Of a stretch of DNA of 64,000 bases, positions 38,901-50,077 are shown in pieces. The number at the start of each line of letters is the position of its first letter. Position 1 is the first letter of the stretch. The notes beneath the pieces were generated by a model. It saw nothing but the letters and a program-made list of their open reading frames with translations. It was not told the origin of the DNA and made no database searches. Position numbers and translations under genes: made by a program. The stretch comes from Basidiobolus meristosporus CBS 931.73 (lineage: Eukaryota > Fungi > Basidiobolomycota), in assembly GCA_002104905.1 (NCBI GenBank), contig MCFE01000435.1, positions 1 through 64,000 of the forward strand, read 5' to 3'.

Positions 38901-38954
38901 CAAACAGCCATTCATGACATTTGTATTCAAACAGCCATTCATGACATTTGTATT
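38901..38954. repeat. 27-bp perfect tandem duplication
   Basis: CAAACAGCCATTCATGACATTTGTATT x2. Confidence 0.9.
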
Positions 38955-39333
38955 TTTAGCTCACCGATCTAGAGAATTGGAGAACAGTTTCTATGGATTA
39001 AGGTGCCTGGCAACCATCCAAACCCCCCAGAAATGGCGGTCGAAGTGCCACATGTGCCTAACCTGGCTCAAGAGAATGTTCATCGAACCGATTAGTAATC
39101 CTGTGGTTCAAATATCTTCCCTCTCAGAAGTGACGTAGTTGAGTGCCTCGGGCAAGCATAATCCCATTTGTGTTGCTTCACGATAGCGAGCAGTAAGCGG
39201 GATGGCCGAAGACGTTCTTTCCTTCTGCCATAGGGCAAGTGCATAGTATTCTTAGATAGAAGATCCGATGGGTTTTGCCCCTATATAAGCACAGTCGCTG
39301 GTACTGCACAATGCATTAACAATCAACGCAATC

Positions 39334-40968
39334 ATGCATTTCTCTCTTAAGCTTCTTGCCAGCCTTGCTGCCGCAATCGTCGTCGCTGCCGACGGATCGG
39401 TGGCCTTGAAACCCACCGGTACCGACATAGTTTCGGAGAGCCCAGTGACCGCCGTTACGGAATTTCCCACCCTTGAACCCGGACCCGTTATCCCTACCTC
39501 CATCAGCCTCTCGACTTCCCTCATTACAGAATCCGAAAAGAGTACTTCTGAGAAAGAAACAGAAACCGAGAGCAAGAGTTCTACCGAAACTGACAAATCC
39601 ACTGAATCTAAGCCTACTGAGGTCAGCACCACTACTAGTGACAAGTCTACTGAGAGTCACAAGCCCACCGAGACCGTGAAGCCCACCACCAGTGTCGAAT
39701 CTACTGAGAGCCACAAGCCCACCGAGACCGTGAAGCCCACCACCAGTGTCGAATCTACTGAGAGCCACAAGCCCACTGAAGCCGAGACCGACAAATCCAC
39801 CGAATCTCACAAGCCTACTGAGACCGTCAAGCCCACCACCACTGAGAGTCATAAGCCAACCGATTCTGACAAGCACTCTTCCACTGATGCTACTGAGACC
39901 GATAAGTCTACCGAGTCTCACAAGCCTACCGAGACTGAGACCGATAAGTCCAGTGAATCTCACAAGCCCACTGTGACCGTGACCGACAAGTCCAGCGAAT
40001 CTCACAAGCCCACCGACACCGTGACCGTGACCGACAAGTCCAGCGAATCTCACAAGCCTACCGAGACCGTGACTGACAAGTCCAGCGAATCTCACAAGCC
40101 TACTGAGACTGTGACCGACAAGTCCAGTGAGTCTCATAAACCCACCACCACCGACAAGTCCACCGAAAGTCACAAGTCTACCGAGACCACTACTGACAAG
40201 TCTAGCGAATCTCACAAGCCTACTGAGACTGTGACCGACAAGTCCAGTGAATCTCACAAGCCTACCGAGACTGTGACCGACAAGTCCAGCGAATCTCATA
40301 AGCCTACCGAGACCGTCAAGACTACCACCAGCGACAAGACCACTGAATCACACAAGCCTTCGGAAACTGTCAAGCCCGACACCACTCACAAGGTCACTGA
40401 GACCAACGAGGTCACCACCACTGAGAAGGTCACCGTCACTGACCACATTACCCAGACCAAGGTGACCACCGCCACCAACCAGGTGACCGAAACCGTGAGC
40501 CCAGTCACCACCGGTAAGGAAACCGAGACCCACTTGACCACCACCACCCACAAGGTCACCGATACTCACAAGGCCACCACCACCGAGAAGCACACCGAAA
40601 CCCATCTGACCACCGCCACTCACAAGACCACCGAGACCCACATCACCACCGAGGCCCATGAAACTCACAAGCCTACTGTGAAGCCCACCAAGCCTCACAA
40701 GCCCACCGTCAAGCCCACCAAGACCCACAAGCCCACCGTCAAGCCCTGCGTCCCAGTGACCGTGACCGAAACCAAGACCGTGACCGTCACCGCGGGAGCC
40801 GAGCCCACGCACGAGACCTCCTGCGTCAACGGCACCTACAAGTGCGTCCACGGCGGAAAATCCACCAAGTTCACCGTCTGCGCCAACGGCCGAGAGGTGA
40901 CCCAATCCTGCGCACCCGGCACCGTGTGCAAACCATTCCAAGGGTCCATCATCTGTGACTGGGCCTAA
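39334..40968 (+). CDS. Secreted Thr/Ser/Glu/Lys/His-rich mucin-like protein with C-terminal CBM19-like chitin-binding module, 544 aa, single exon
   Basis: Hydrophobic N-terminus MHFSLKLLASLAAAIVVAA; 16 ESHK repeats; C-terminal CVNGTYKC...FTVCANG...QSCAPGTVC...IICDW Cys pattern. Confidence 0.85.
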   Translation: MHFSLKLLASLAAAIVVAADGSVALKPTGTDIVSESPVTAVTEFPTLEPGPVIPTSISLSTSLITESEKSTSEKETETESKSSTETDKSTESKPTEVSTTTSDKSTESHKPTETVKPTTSVESTESHKPTETVKPTTSVESTESHKPTEAETDKSTESHKPTETVKPTTTESHKPTDSDKHSSTDATETDKSTESHKPTETETDKSSESHKPTVTVTDKSSESHKPTDTVTVTDKSSESHKPTETVTDKSSESHKPTETVTDKSSESHKPTTTDKSTESHKSTETTTDKSSESHKPTETVTDKSSESHKPTETVTDKSSESHKPTETVKTTTSDKTTESHKPSETVKPDTTHKVTETNEVTTTEKVTVTDHITQTKVTTATNQVTETVSPVTTGKETETHLTTTTHKVTDTHKATTTEKHTETHLTTATHKTTETHITTEAHETHKPTVKPTKPHKPTVKPTKTHKPTVKPCVPVTVTETKTVTVTAGAEPTHETSCVNGTYKCVHGGKSTKFTVCANGREVTQSCAPGTVCKPFQGSIICDWA

Positions 40969-43900
40969 ATGGGAGGTCTGGACTTTCCTGTAACATAGAA
41001 CACGTTTGACACCGCACTCCCACCCCCTGCTTGAAACTGGTTTTGATCTGTACCCCATGTTTGCCTTCACCCTTCCCTTGAATGTGAATCCTCAGTGAGA
41101 ACAATAAATGCATCGCATGAAATCCCGTCTCGTTGCGCACCGATCTCCCAAGTGGAAAAGGCTTATCTGTCCCCTCCTAGCCAGGCTTTTCCATGTATAG
41201 ACAGCCACGCCATCAATCCACCTGAACGTGTGATCAAATTGCCGAAGTTTCTACGTAGGAGGGGGGGGGCAGATCTTGGGGAAATCTATCAGCCTCCGAT
41301 CCAAACCAATCCGATCGGCCCAGTTCCTGAGATCCCGGAGAGGGAATCTCTAGCATGTGTTTAGTGGAGACTTGATTGGGGATGGAGTTCCCACCTTTTC
41401 GAGACCATAGTCACCGCCACCACCGTTTAGTACCGATGAGCCGATTAATCGTTGGGGGGGGGTCGGCCGAGGGTATTTTTAGAAATCCCGAGAATGGAAC
41501 CTACAGCGGAGAGGTTGTCTGGCGATGGAAGTTCCAGCCTGGAAATTCAACCACCATGCTGAATCCAAGAGCCAAACATCATCCATATCCATGTGATTTG
41601 GGACGAAACATCAATGAAATCTCGTAAGTGATCGAGATCCACTCAATTCCAGACTCCGGGTTGACGCCAATTATCCGGCACCATCCCTGCCCTTCCAATT
41701 ATGCCCACACACGATGGATTTACTCTCGTGGAGATTAGATTGGAACCGATGGAACCGGAATTCCTATTCGGGTTTAACTTTGTTCACTGCTACTGGGGGG
41801 GTGTGTGGATAGAAGTGGTCGGGACAGCCAATATATTGTTACACACGCGTATGTACTATGTTGTTGTGTTGGTTGTGATTTCATGTTGGGGCTTTGCTTG
41901 AGCTCGATATGATACTCTTGTCGAGTTACTGAAAACGTAGACCCTATCATCTGTCTTCGTCTTCCCATCAGGTTCGGCCCGTCGAGGTGCCGCAAAAAAG
42001 AGAGATTCGGGATTTCAACTCAACTTGACAAACCTGTCCTGCGTTTTGGACATTCCCTCGCCACTTCCAGGTCTTGATCCTGCGGAACCTTGGGCTTGCT
42101 TTCCGGCACTTTTACTTGTAACTGTTTGTTTCTTATGATGATTTGAATGGTGGAACTCGTCAGGTACGGGAAACATTGGTACCACTGTTGTCAATGTAAT
42201 TGGACTTGTGGGTAATGTCACTACTGTACAAGACATGCCAAACCAAAGTTGATGGGATACTTGGTCCCTGAGATTAATAGGTATACAATATGGCGTTGGC
42301 CCATAGGCACACTTTGAACTAGTAACCGGAAGGATGTAGGCTATCAACTCTACTTTGGCAAATGGCCTTGGAAAGTGCAACTGGGCACTACCTATAATAT
42401 GCAGTTGGTAAGGAAGCTACATCAAGCACAATTGATATGGTAGAGACACAACACATATAATCAAGTAGTGTATAATGAGATGAAACATACCAACTGAAAC
42501 TTTACAAGAAATCAGTGCTAATGCGCCATACACAAGAGTCTTTTATGCTTCCTGAGCCTGCTAAAAAGTAACTCTTATCAAGTGCTGTCAAGTTCAGATC
42601 CAAAAGCCAAAATTTGACCGTGTTGAAAGCCAAATTCTTCGAAATCCATGACTACACTTGTTTGGTAGGGGAAGCGATATACAGGGAGGCATCAAGTAAT
42701 GCATCCTGTAGATTTGGTATTTACACCTCAACATTCGCACTCGCTCAGTCACTTGGATCTTGGCCCATGAGCTGTTCTCTTTGTCAGGAGCTACCTGGAG
42801 TATTTTCACCAAAATGACAGGTGCCCGGAACTTGAAAATTCGGTCGGTCGTCCGAAAACCCACAAGCTTTACACCCATGCGATTGGGCCCTTCCTCATAA
42901 CCTGCAGTTCGGGTATTAGAATATTGTATACGTTGCCGCTCAACACTAATGAAACCTTTCACCGGGAATTCTTGGTTCCATATCACGTGACCACCGAAAC
43001 TTCTTGATGGACCCCGTAAGAATGCCACATCGTGATCAGCAAAAGTCCAACCTGGATCAAACCTCCAACATTCAAGGATGAGGATTTGCAGTCACACCCC
43101 GACACAAAACCACGTGCGACATATAGGCAATGGGTATGAAGCCTACCAAGTCGCTTACTGGAAGGCGCGGATCAATACAAAATTTGGGACCGTACCCGGG
43201 GGCGCAACCCTACACAAAGGCCGTACTGAAAAGCGTTGAATTCCATAAACCCCCAAGAAACATCGAGATTTACGAAACGGTGTTGGGATCACTTGGATCC
43301 ACCGATTACTCATTGTCCATACCATGTGAGAGAACCAGTGACTGGGTTTGGAATGTTGCATAGATAGGTAAGAGTGTGCATAGGTTAACACATCTCATGG
43401 TGTGCCATCCTCCAATATGACCCCCAACCCTGGTGTCTTTGATATTCGACAGTGAATCCAAAGTATTCCCGTTGGGAATTCCTTCGATGACCCCTGGAGC
43501 TCATATGATAGCCACAGTATGGTAGAGCGTCTAGAAATGATTTGGAGAGGCAAGCATTCCACTTTCACGTCCACTTCAACTTCCTTGAAATCAGCCTCGT
43601 GTGGATAAGTCTCTGGCGCATCTACATAACAGGGGTAGATCATGTTGAGGCCAAATTCTAGGGATCTTTCCAGCCTTTGTAGTTTCAATCCCCTTCAATC
43701 TGCAACACAAACCACAGGCCGGATGATCTATCTATTTCGATGGCATGTCTAGCCCATGGGGTTGGAAGCTCTTCTTGGATATCAGCCCTGTAGTATCTCG
43801 GGGAGGGGGCAACATTCAAGAGGATTTAATCCCCTCTCCCAGAACCTCCATACACTACACCCCACTCACCGTTATCGTCCGATCCAGTCACGCATCTTGG

Positions 43901-44408
43901 GGGATGTGAGCAGTTCCAGGTGTGCGCACGCACCAATCGTCTGTTTGATGGGTGTCAATGCGTACACCTGGGAGTAGGGTAAATATCGAGGAAGTATAGG
44001 AGTTGTGAGATCAACCGTTCCCTCATATAAGCGGCCGAGAGAGAGATCATTCGGGGCATAACCCGCACCAGCAATTGATGAAACCGAGGTCTGATGAGGT
44101 TGCAGTGTTACAGGATCGTCAACAGCACCACCACCATAAGCATAGATTCCTGGAGAAACGCTCCAATGGGATCCAGGAGCTGAGCGAAGTATACCTGCAC
44201 CTCGAACCGCTGGCCATGTTGCTCGCTCACTCCCGTTGGCACTAGGTGGAGAATATCGGCAATGGAAGTCGATTCGAGGAACGGTTGACGGGTGTCATGC
44301 TTGTTCAGCCATTGGAAAGGATTCGGAGAGTGCTAGGTTGCTGAGATATAAATATATGGAACTCGTCATTCCCCTTAATTTCGCACTGATCCATTCCCAC
44401 TTTGAAGC

Positions 44409-45341
44409 ATGAGAGCCGATATAGTAGTAGACATTGAGACCGAGAAGACCACCCAGAACTACCGTCTGGACACGGAGGACCCAGTCTTCGTGTTAACTCC
44501 TGTCCAGGTTCGTATCCGAAGCTTCGCCATGGGGCTTCGGTACAGATATCGCGAATACACCGCCGAGTTCGCTAGCATGGTCATCCTGATGGTGCTTGGT
44601 TTGGGGGTGATCCACACTTCCATCCTGTACCCGCACCAGCAGAACTTCTTTGGGATCAATTGGGGCTGGGGACTGGCCTTGACTATGGCGATCTATTCCA
44701 ACGCCGGGATGTCCGGGGCTCACCTGAACCCGGCAGTCACCCTGGCCCTTGCCATCTCTCGAGGGTTCCCCTGGGCCAAAGTCCCGGGCTACATCTTCAC
44801 CCAAACCCTTGGGGCGTTCTGTGCAGCTGGGATAGTGTACGGCGTCTACCATCGATCCCTGGACACGTTCGACGGCGGAATCCGTCAGGTGACTGGGGAG
44901 AAAGGGACGGCCGGACTCTATGCAGGCTACCCCCAGCCGTACCTCAGCAATGGCAACGCATTTCTCGTCGAGTTTCTTCTCACCTGCATCATGATGTTCA
45001 TCGTCCTGGCCATTGGAGACCGCCGGAATGCCACCCATTCGGCCATCATCCCACTGGCGATAGGGCTGATGTTAGTATGCATCGGAGTCACCATTGGCGG
45101 GCTCAATGGCTATTCCCTTAACCCGGCACGCGACATGGGCCCTCGGTTGTTCCTGCTGATCGCCGGGTGGGGGACAGAGGCCTTCAGCGCATTCCATTAT
45201 TACTTCTGGATACCTATGGTGGCACCCACACTAGGCGCCATAGTCGGGGCCATTCTCTTCGACTTCATCCACCTGGTAGATTCACCGGACCAGGAGTCCA
45301 GGGGAGAAAGCGACACAATGATTCAAAGACATCGTAGATGA
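44409..45341 (+). CDS. Aquaglyceroporin (MIP family), copy 1, 310 aa
   Basis: HLNPAVT and SLNPARD motifs (the D after NPAR marks the glyceroporin subfamily); hydrophobic helices. Confidence 0.95.
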   Translation: MRADIVVDIETEKTTQNYRLDTEDPVFVLTPVQVRIRSFAMGLRYRYREYTAEFASMVILMVLGLGVIHTSILYPHQQNFFGINWGWGLALTMAIYSNAGMSGAHLNPAVTLALAISRGFPWAKVPGYIFTQTLGAFCAAGIVYGVYHRSLDTFDGGIRQVTGEKGTAGLYAGYPQPYLSNGNAFLVEFLLTCIMMFIVLAIGDRRNATHSAIIPLAIGLMLVCIGVTIGGLNGYSLNPARDMGPRLFLLIAGWGTEAFSAFHYYFWIPMVAPTLGAIVGAILFDFIHLVDSPDQESRGESDTMIQRHRR

Positions 45342-46102
45342 CATCCACGCATGAAACACCGGGTGTCGCCATGTGATTTTCCACCTCAAATCGATCAGAC
45401 AATTTTGTGTTCAATAAAAAACGTGTACTCCAAACGAATGGCCACCAATAACCAATTGACAAGGCCGACTGCGTAACGTAGTTCCGGTTAGGAATCTGAA
45501 TTTAATGTAAACCTTGGCCTGCAGGATCCATTGAACACCATCCGTCGCGCATATCATTCCGAAATCTTCTTCTGGCCAACTATTCATTCGATTCTACGAT
45601 GTTCTGTCGAGACATCGATTCCGTATCTCAGTTCATGAAATCTACAAGCCCGCTGTAGCCACCACCAGAATGCTCGTAAACCTCGATCTTGCCAGTCTGA
45701 GTTGGTAAACAAGCCGAATCCAATGTCCCAACAAAAATGGGGACTTGACGATCTAGTCAATGGTGCTTATTGAAAAATGGCCAATATGACCTTTGGGATT
45801 ACTCATGGGTGGCCAGATTCCTACTCGAGCCCAAACCTGGAGCAGCCAGGAATCCATAAAAAGGCTGCTACATCCCATATCCTGTATCCAGCGCCAGATA
45901 GGCACTGGGACCCAGTGTTTGAGGGTTGGCTAACCATCAAACCTTATTTCAATCAGCCAAGAGTATGGGTGATTTTCTGGAACCACACACCATCCACACC
46001 ATTGGCTACACTTACAACTCCCTAAGAAAGAAAATCAACAAAAGGCCGGCAGAATACCATCACACCATCAGCTGAATTCCAAGTTTCTCTAAGCTTACAA
46101 CC

Positions 46103-46340
46103 CTCAATATCTCAGGTACTAGCTGTTGGGCTGACAAGCAGACATATTTTCTAGGAGAAGACTAGGCTAAATGGCGTTCATACCAAATTTGGTAACAAGC
46201 CGACCACTATTTACACAAAGAATTGCAACCGAAAATTTGTAGGAAAAACACCGGCTGAATGCCAGCAAAACACCATTAGAATACCGGCAGAAAACCAGCA
46301 GATTCTCAGACGAATTCCAAGTGTGGTATAACTCATAGGG
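46103..46340. repeat. Dispersed repeat copy between the aquaglyceroporins
   Basis: Homologous to 37899-38128. Confidence 0.6.
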
Positions 46341-47526
46341 AGTTCGAATGAATTCGGTTGTTCTTGTGAGATCCACAAAGCAAGCAAGCAAGGTGCTTTC
46401 ACTCGGTCAGTCAACAAGGGGCCCTTACTATGACCAACCGCTCTCACATGGTTTTCGCTGGTTGGTTGGTCTGGTAGGATACATGAACTCTTCCCTGTAG
46501 CAAAGCTTTCCAGAGGAGAGGGTGGAGGCACGACAGGGAAGGTCGTGGAAAGAAAGACGCCTATATGGGGATGGGAAATTTCGGGGCATCACCATGGATG
46601 CTATGTGAACTCCAGTGCATAGGCCTTCTACTGGAACCCGGCGATCCCACGGGCTTCGGCCTCCAATCCCCAAAACTCCCCACTTCATGCACGGCCCGGG
46701 AGATCGCGATGCCATACAACCCGGATACTGACTTGAAGCGGGGAGATATGCGCCCGGCCAATCACTGGCCATACACCGAGTCGTTCCCCTCACGATTTTC
46801 TCGTCTGGGGTTGGCAATCAACCTGAGCCTGGACGCCGATCCTGTAACTTCTCTCACGAGGACTCTTGGGAGCGTTGGGATGGTACAGGGAGGTGTAACC
46901 GCCAGCCAAAAACCAAAAGGTTCCCGGGGATACATGGCGGTGGACGGAGTCGGCCGAACTTAGGGCGGGAGCGATCGTAAATGTATAGGAAGCGACGGAG
47001 TTGTGGGTAAGATCCTCTGCCGGATAAGGGCTCAAGAAAGCGGGCAATCAGAGCATCTCCTGGAAGGACAAATGACCATTGGTAAATGGAACGTAGGCCT
47101 GGTGAGGTTGCAGAGGGATAGAATCTCGATTGATAGATTTATATACAAGGCCGCTCTGCGGAGGCCTAGTGGACAACGCCAACACTTTAGGCACCGATTT
47201 CTGGGGGATTACTTCACCATGATTCAGTCGCCAAGCGAAGCACACCTGCACCCCGTACCACTGGCCGCGTCGTTCGATCAGCCCCGTCGGCAGTAGGTGG
47301 AGAATATCGGCGATGTAAGGCCGATTCGAGGAATGGTTGGTGCGTGACATGTCGACGGAGCTCGACCATTGGAAAGGATCCAACGAAAGGCACGGATTGA
47401 TATGTGAAGAGGCCAGTGGTTTCAGATCCGAGTGTGTGGGAGGTGAGTTGTTTCGAGAGATGACGAGAGATAAATATGTGCGGTCTATCAGCCTGAATTT
47501 ACTCTAATCCCTTCTCACCTGTAAGC

Positions 47527-48423
47527 ATGGGAGCCGATATAGCAGTAGACATTGAGACGGCAAAGACTACCAAGAACTACCGTCTGGACACGGAGGACCC
47601 GGTCTTCGTGCTAACCCCGGTTCAGATTCGCATTAGAAGCTTCGCCATGGGGCTTCGGTACAGGTATCGCGAATACACCGCCGAGTTCGCTAGCATGGTC
47701 ATCCTGATGGTGCTTGGTCTAGGGGTGAGCCACACCTCCACACTATACCCGCACCAGCAGAACTTCTTTGGGATCAATTGGGGCTGGGGACTGGCCTTGA
47801 CTATGGCGATCTATTCCAACGCCGGGATGTCCGGGGCTCACCTGAACCCGGCAGTCACCCTGGCCCTTGCCATCTCTCGAGGGTTCCCCTGGGCCAAAGT
47901 CCCGGGCTACATCTTCACCCAAACCCTTGGGGCGTTCTGTGCAGCTGGGATAGTGTACGGCGTCTACCATCAATCCCTGGACACGTTCGACGGCGGAATC
48001 CGTCAGGTGACTGGGGAGAAAGGGACGGCCGGACTCTATGCAGGCTACCCCCAGCCGTACCTCAGCAATGGCAACGCATTTCTCGTCGAGTTCCTTCTCA
48101 CCTGCATCATGATGTTCATCGTCCTGGCCATTGGAGACCACCGGAATGCCACCCATTCGGCCATCATCCCACTGGCGATAGGGCTGATGTTAGTATGCAT
48201 CGGAGTCACCATTGGCGGGCTCAATGGCTATTCCCTTAACCCGGCACGCGACATGGGCCCTCGATTGTTCCTGCTGATCGCCGGGTGGGGGACAGAGGCC
48301 TTCAGCGCATTCCATTATTACTTCTGGATACCTATGGTGGCACCCACACTAGGCGCCATAGTCGGGGCCATTCTCTTCGACTTCATCCACCTGGTAGATC
48401 CACCAGACCAGGAATCCAGATGA
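47527..48423 (+). CDS. Aquaglyceroporin (MIP family), copy 2, 298 aa
   Basis: Same NPA motifs; near-identical core to copy 1. Confidence 0.95.
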   Translation: MGADIAVDIETAKTTKNYRLDTEDPVFVLTPVQIRIRSFAMGLRYRYREYTAEFASMVILMVLGLGVSHTSTLYPHQQNFFGINWGWGLALTMAIYSNAGMSGAHLNPAVTLALAISRGFPWAKVPGYIFTQTLGAFCAAGIVYGVYHQSLDTFDGGIRQVTGEKGTAGLYAGYPQPYLSNGNAFLVEFLLTCIMMFIVLAIGDHRNATHSAIIPLAIGLMLVCIGVTIGGLNGYSLNPARDMGPRLFLLIAGWGTEAFSAFHYYFWIPMVAPTLGAIVGAILFDFIHLVDPPDQESR

Positions 48424-48748
48424 TCCCACCCCTCCCCTTGTTATATAGCAATACGATCTCCTCCCATACCAATCACTTGATCCAGACATCACAAATGGCA
48501 GCAACGCATGAAACACTGGGGCGATACTCCACCTCAGATCAATTGGACAATTTTGTATTCAATAAATAACGTGTATCCCAAACGACTGGCAACCAACCGT
48601 TTGGAAGGACGACAGACTGCAAAGGAGGGGCGAGCGATTGATTGGAGAGAGGACGAGGTGGTGTGGCTCTAGTCGAGAGGGGATATGCTAGTTTATTCAC
48701 GGAAGGGGGTAACATGGATGTACAGGTGGTGGGGAAAGTGGCCAGAAA

Positions 48749-49680
48749 TCAGGGAACAATCACGTCGTCTACTTCAAACACGTCTCTCAAACCCATCTCC
48801 TTTAGCAGGCTGATGGCCAACTGCAGCTGCTGCGAGGTAGGCTTGTAATGGCCGCTGCTTCTACTGATCCATTTCAAGTGGCCCTTCTGAACAATGACCA
48901 TCCCAGCAGCACGGACCCTTCCACCGGCCAAGAAGGTGGAGTGGTGGAAGTAGCCGGGAAATTTCCGGGCCATATAGAACCGATTTTCCTGGTCGACCAC
49001 GAAGATTCCCTCCATCCCCTTGACGAAGAGTTTAGGCAGATGCACCAGTTGTCCGGAGGCAACGTAGACCAGTCGTCCCTTGTGGTCGCAGGTGATCTGA
49101 TACTGCATACGCTCCTCGGCTTTTAGAAACCTCACCCGACTAAGCTTCCCCTTCAGTCGGATGGCCCAGAGCCCCGGCAGCCCCCGGTACCCTTTGCTCT
49201 TGTCTAACCAAGTGAAGAAGTCATCGTCGGTCTTACTACGCACCCATTCCTTGTGAAATAGGTGGAGTACTCCACCCCAGCGGTGATTTTTGTCCAACGC
49301 TTCGAGCCAGTAGCTTTCGCATAACGGGGATGTGGAGTTGTTACCGTCGACCTGGATTGAGGAGAGAAGGGGACGCTGTTAAGCCAGAGAAGTCTTACCA
49401 ACCGAAAGAAACGCGAGGGGGGAGGTTAGCATACCTTCCAGATTAACTCCATGGTTTTCAACACCTTTCCGAACCGGGGAGAGAAGTAACCATTTAGAAC
49501 ACTCTCACGAACCCTTCCCCACCGCTCCAGCGTAGCAGCGGAAGTGACCACGGTCGGCTGGTTGTTCGTGGGGAGTATCTCATTCTCGACGTATTCCCGG
49601 TCGGTGATATCAATGGATTTCGCCCTGGGCCTTTGAAAAGACCTCTTGCGGATGTTCAGGTTGGGAAGTGACCAGTTCAT
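48749..49680 (-). CDS. IQM-family (IQ/calmodulin-binding-like) protein, 2 exons (49680-49435, 49351-48749), ~282 aa
   Basis: WLEALDKNHRWG, FFTWLD, FHHSTFLAGG..AAG and SGHYKP motifs; GT-AG intron in phase 0. Confidence 0.75.
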
Positions 49681-50077
49681 GACAAGTAGCGACGGGGTCG
49701 AAGGGGTTGCGGGAAATCGGGAATGTGGGAGCAGGGATCAAAATTATTTATGGTGGACAGAGAGACCAATCCCCATGCATAGCAGTCCGGTGCCAAGCGA
49801 AACAAAATAGAGTTGCTTCCAGTTACCGGATTTGGTGCGGATGGCGAACTTCAAGGACAAATCAATTTACAAACAAGCTGGGTGTACGACGTGCACATTT
49901 GAATCTCGGATTCTATTGATTTAGCCTATTGATATAGCCCACAGATACAGATTTCGATTTAGTTGGTTTGTACAGGATTGTTGGACATGCATTAGCGGAC
50001 CAGGGGTTAGAGGGAAGGTGGAGGTGAAGGGGTGCGGGTGCGGGTGCGAGTGCGGGGCGGGTGAAGCACTAGGATAA

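Noticed and set aside
39650-40320. Regularly spaced repeats resembling a CRISPR array
   Set aside because: In-frame coding repeats without unique spacers; no cas genes; eukaryotic context.
39316-41070. Long minus-strand ORFs (327 and 240 aa) over the mucin gene
   Set aside because: Antisense shadows of a repetitive, codon-biased CDS; no domain content.
46400-47230. Overlapping 60-130 aa ORFs between the aquaporins
   Set aside because: Present on both strands with no motif or splice support; treated as intergenic.
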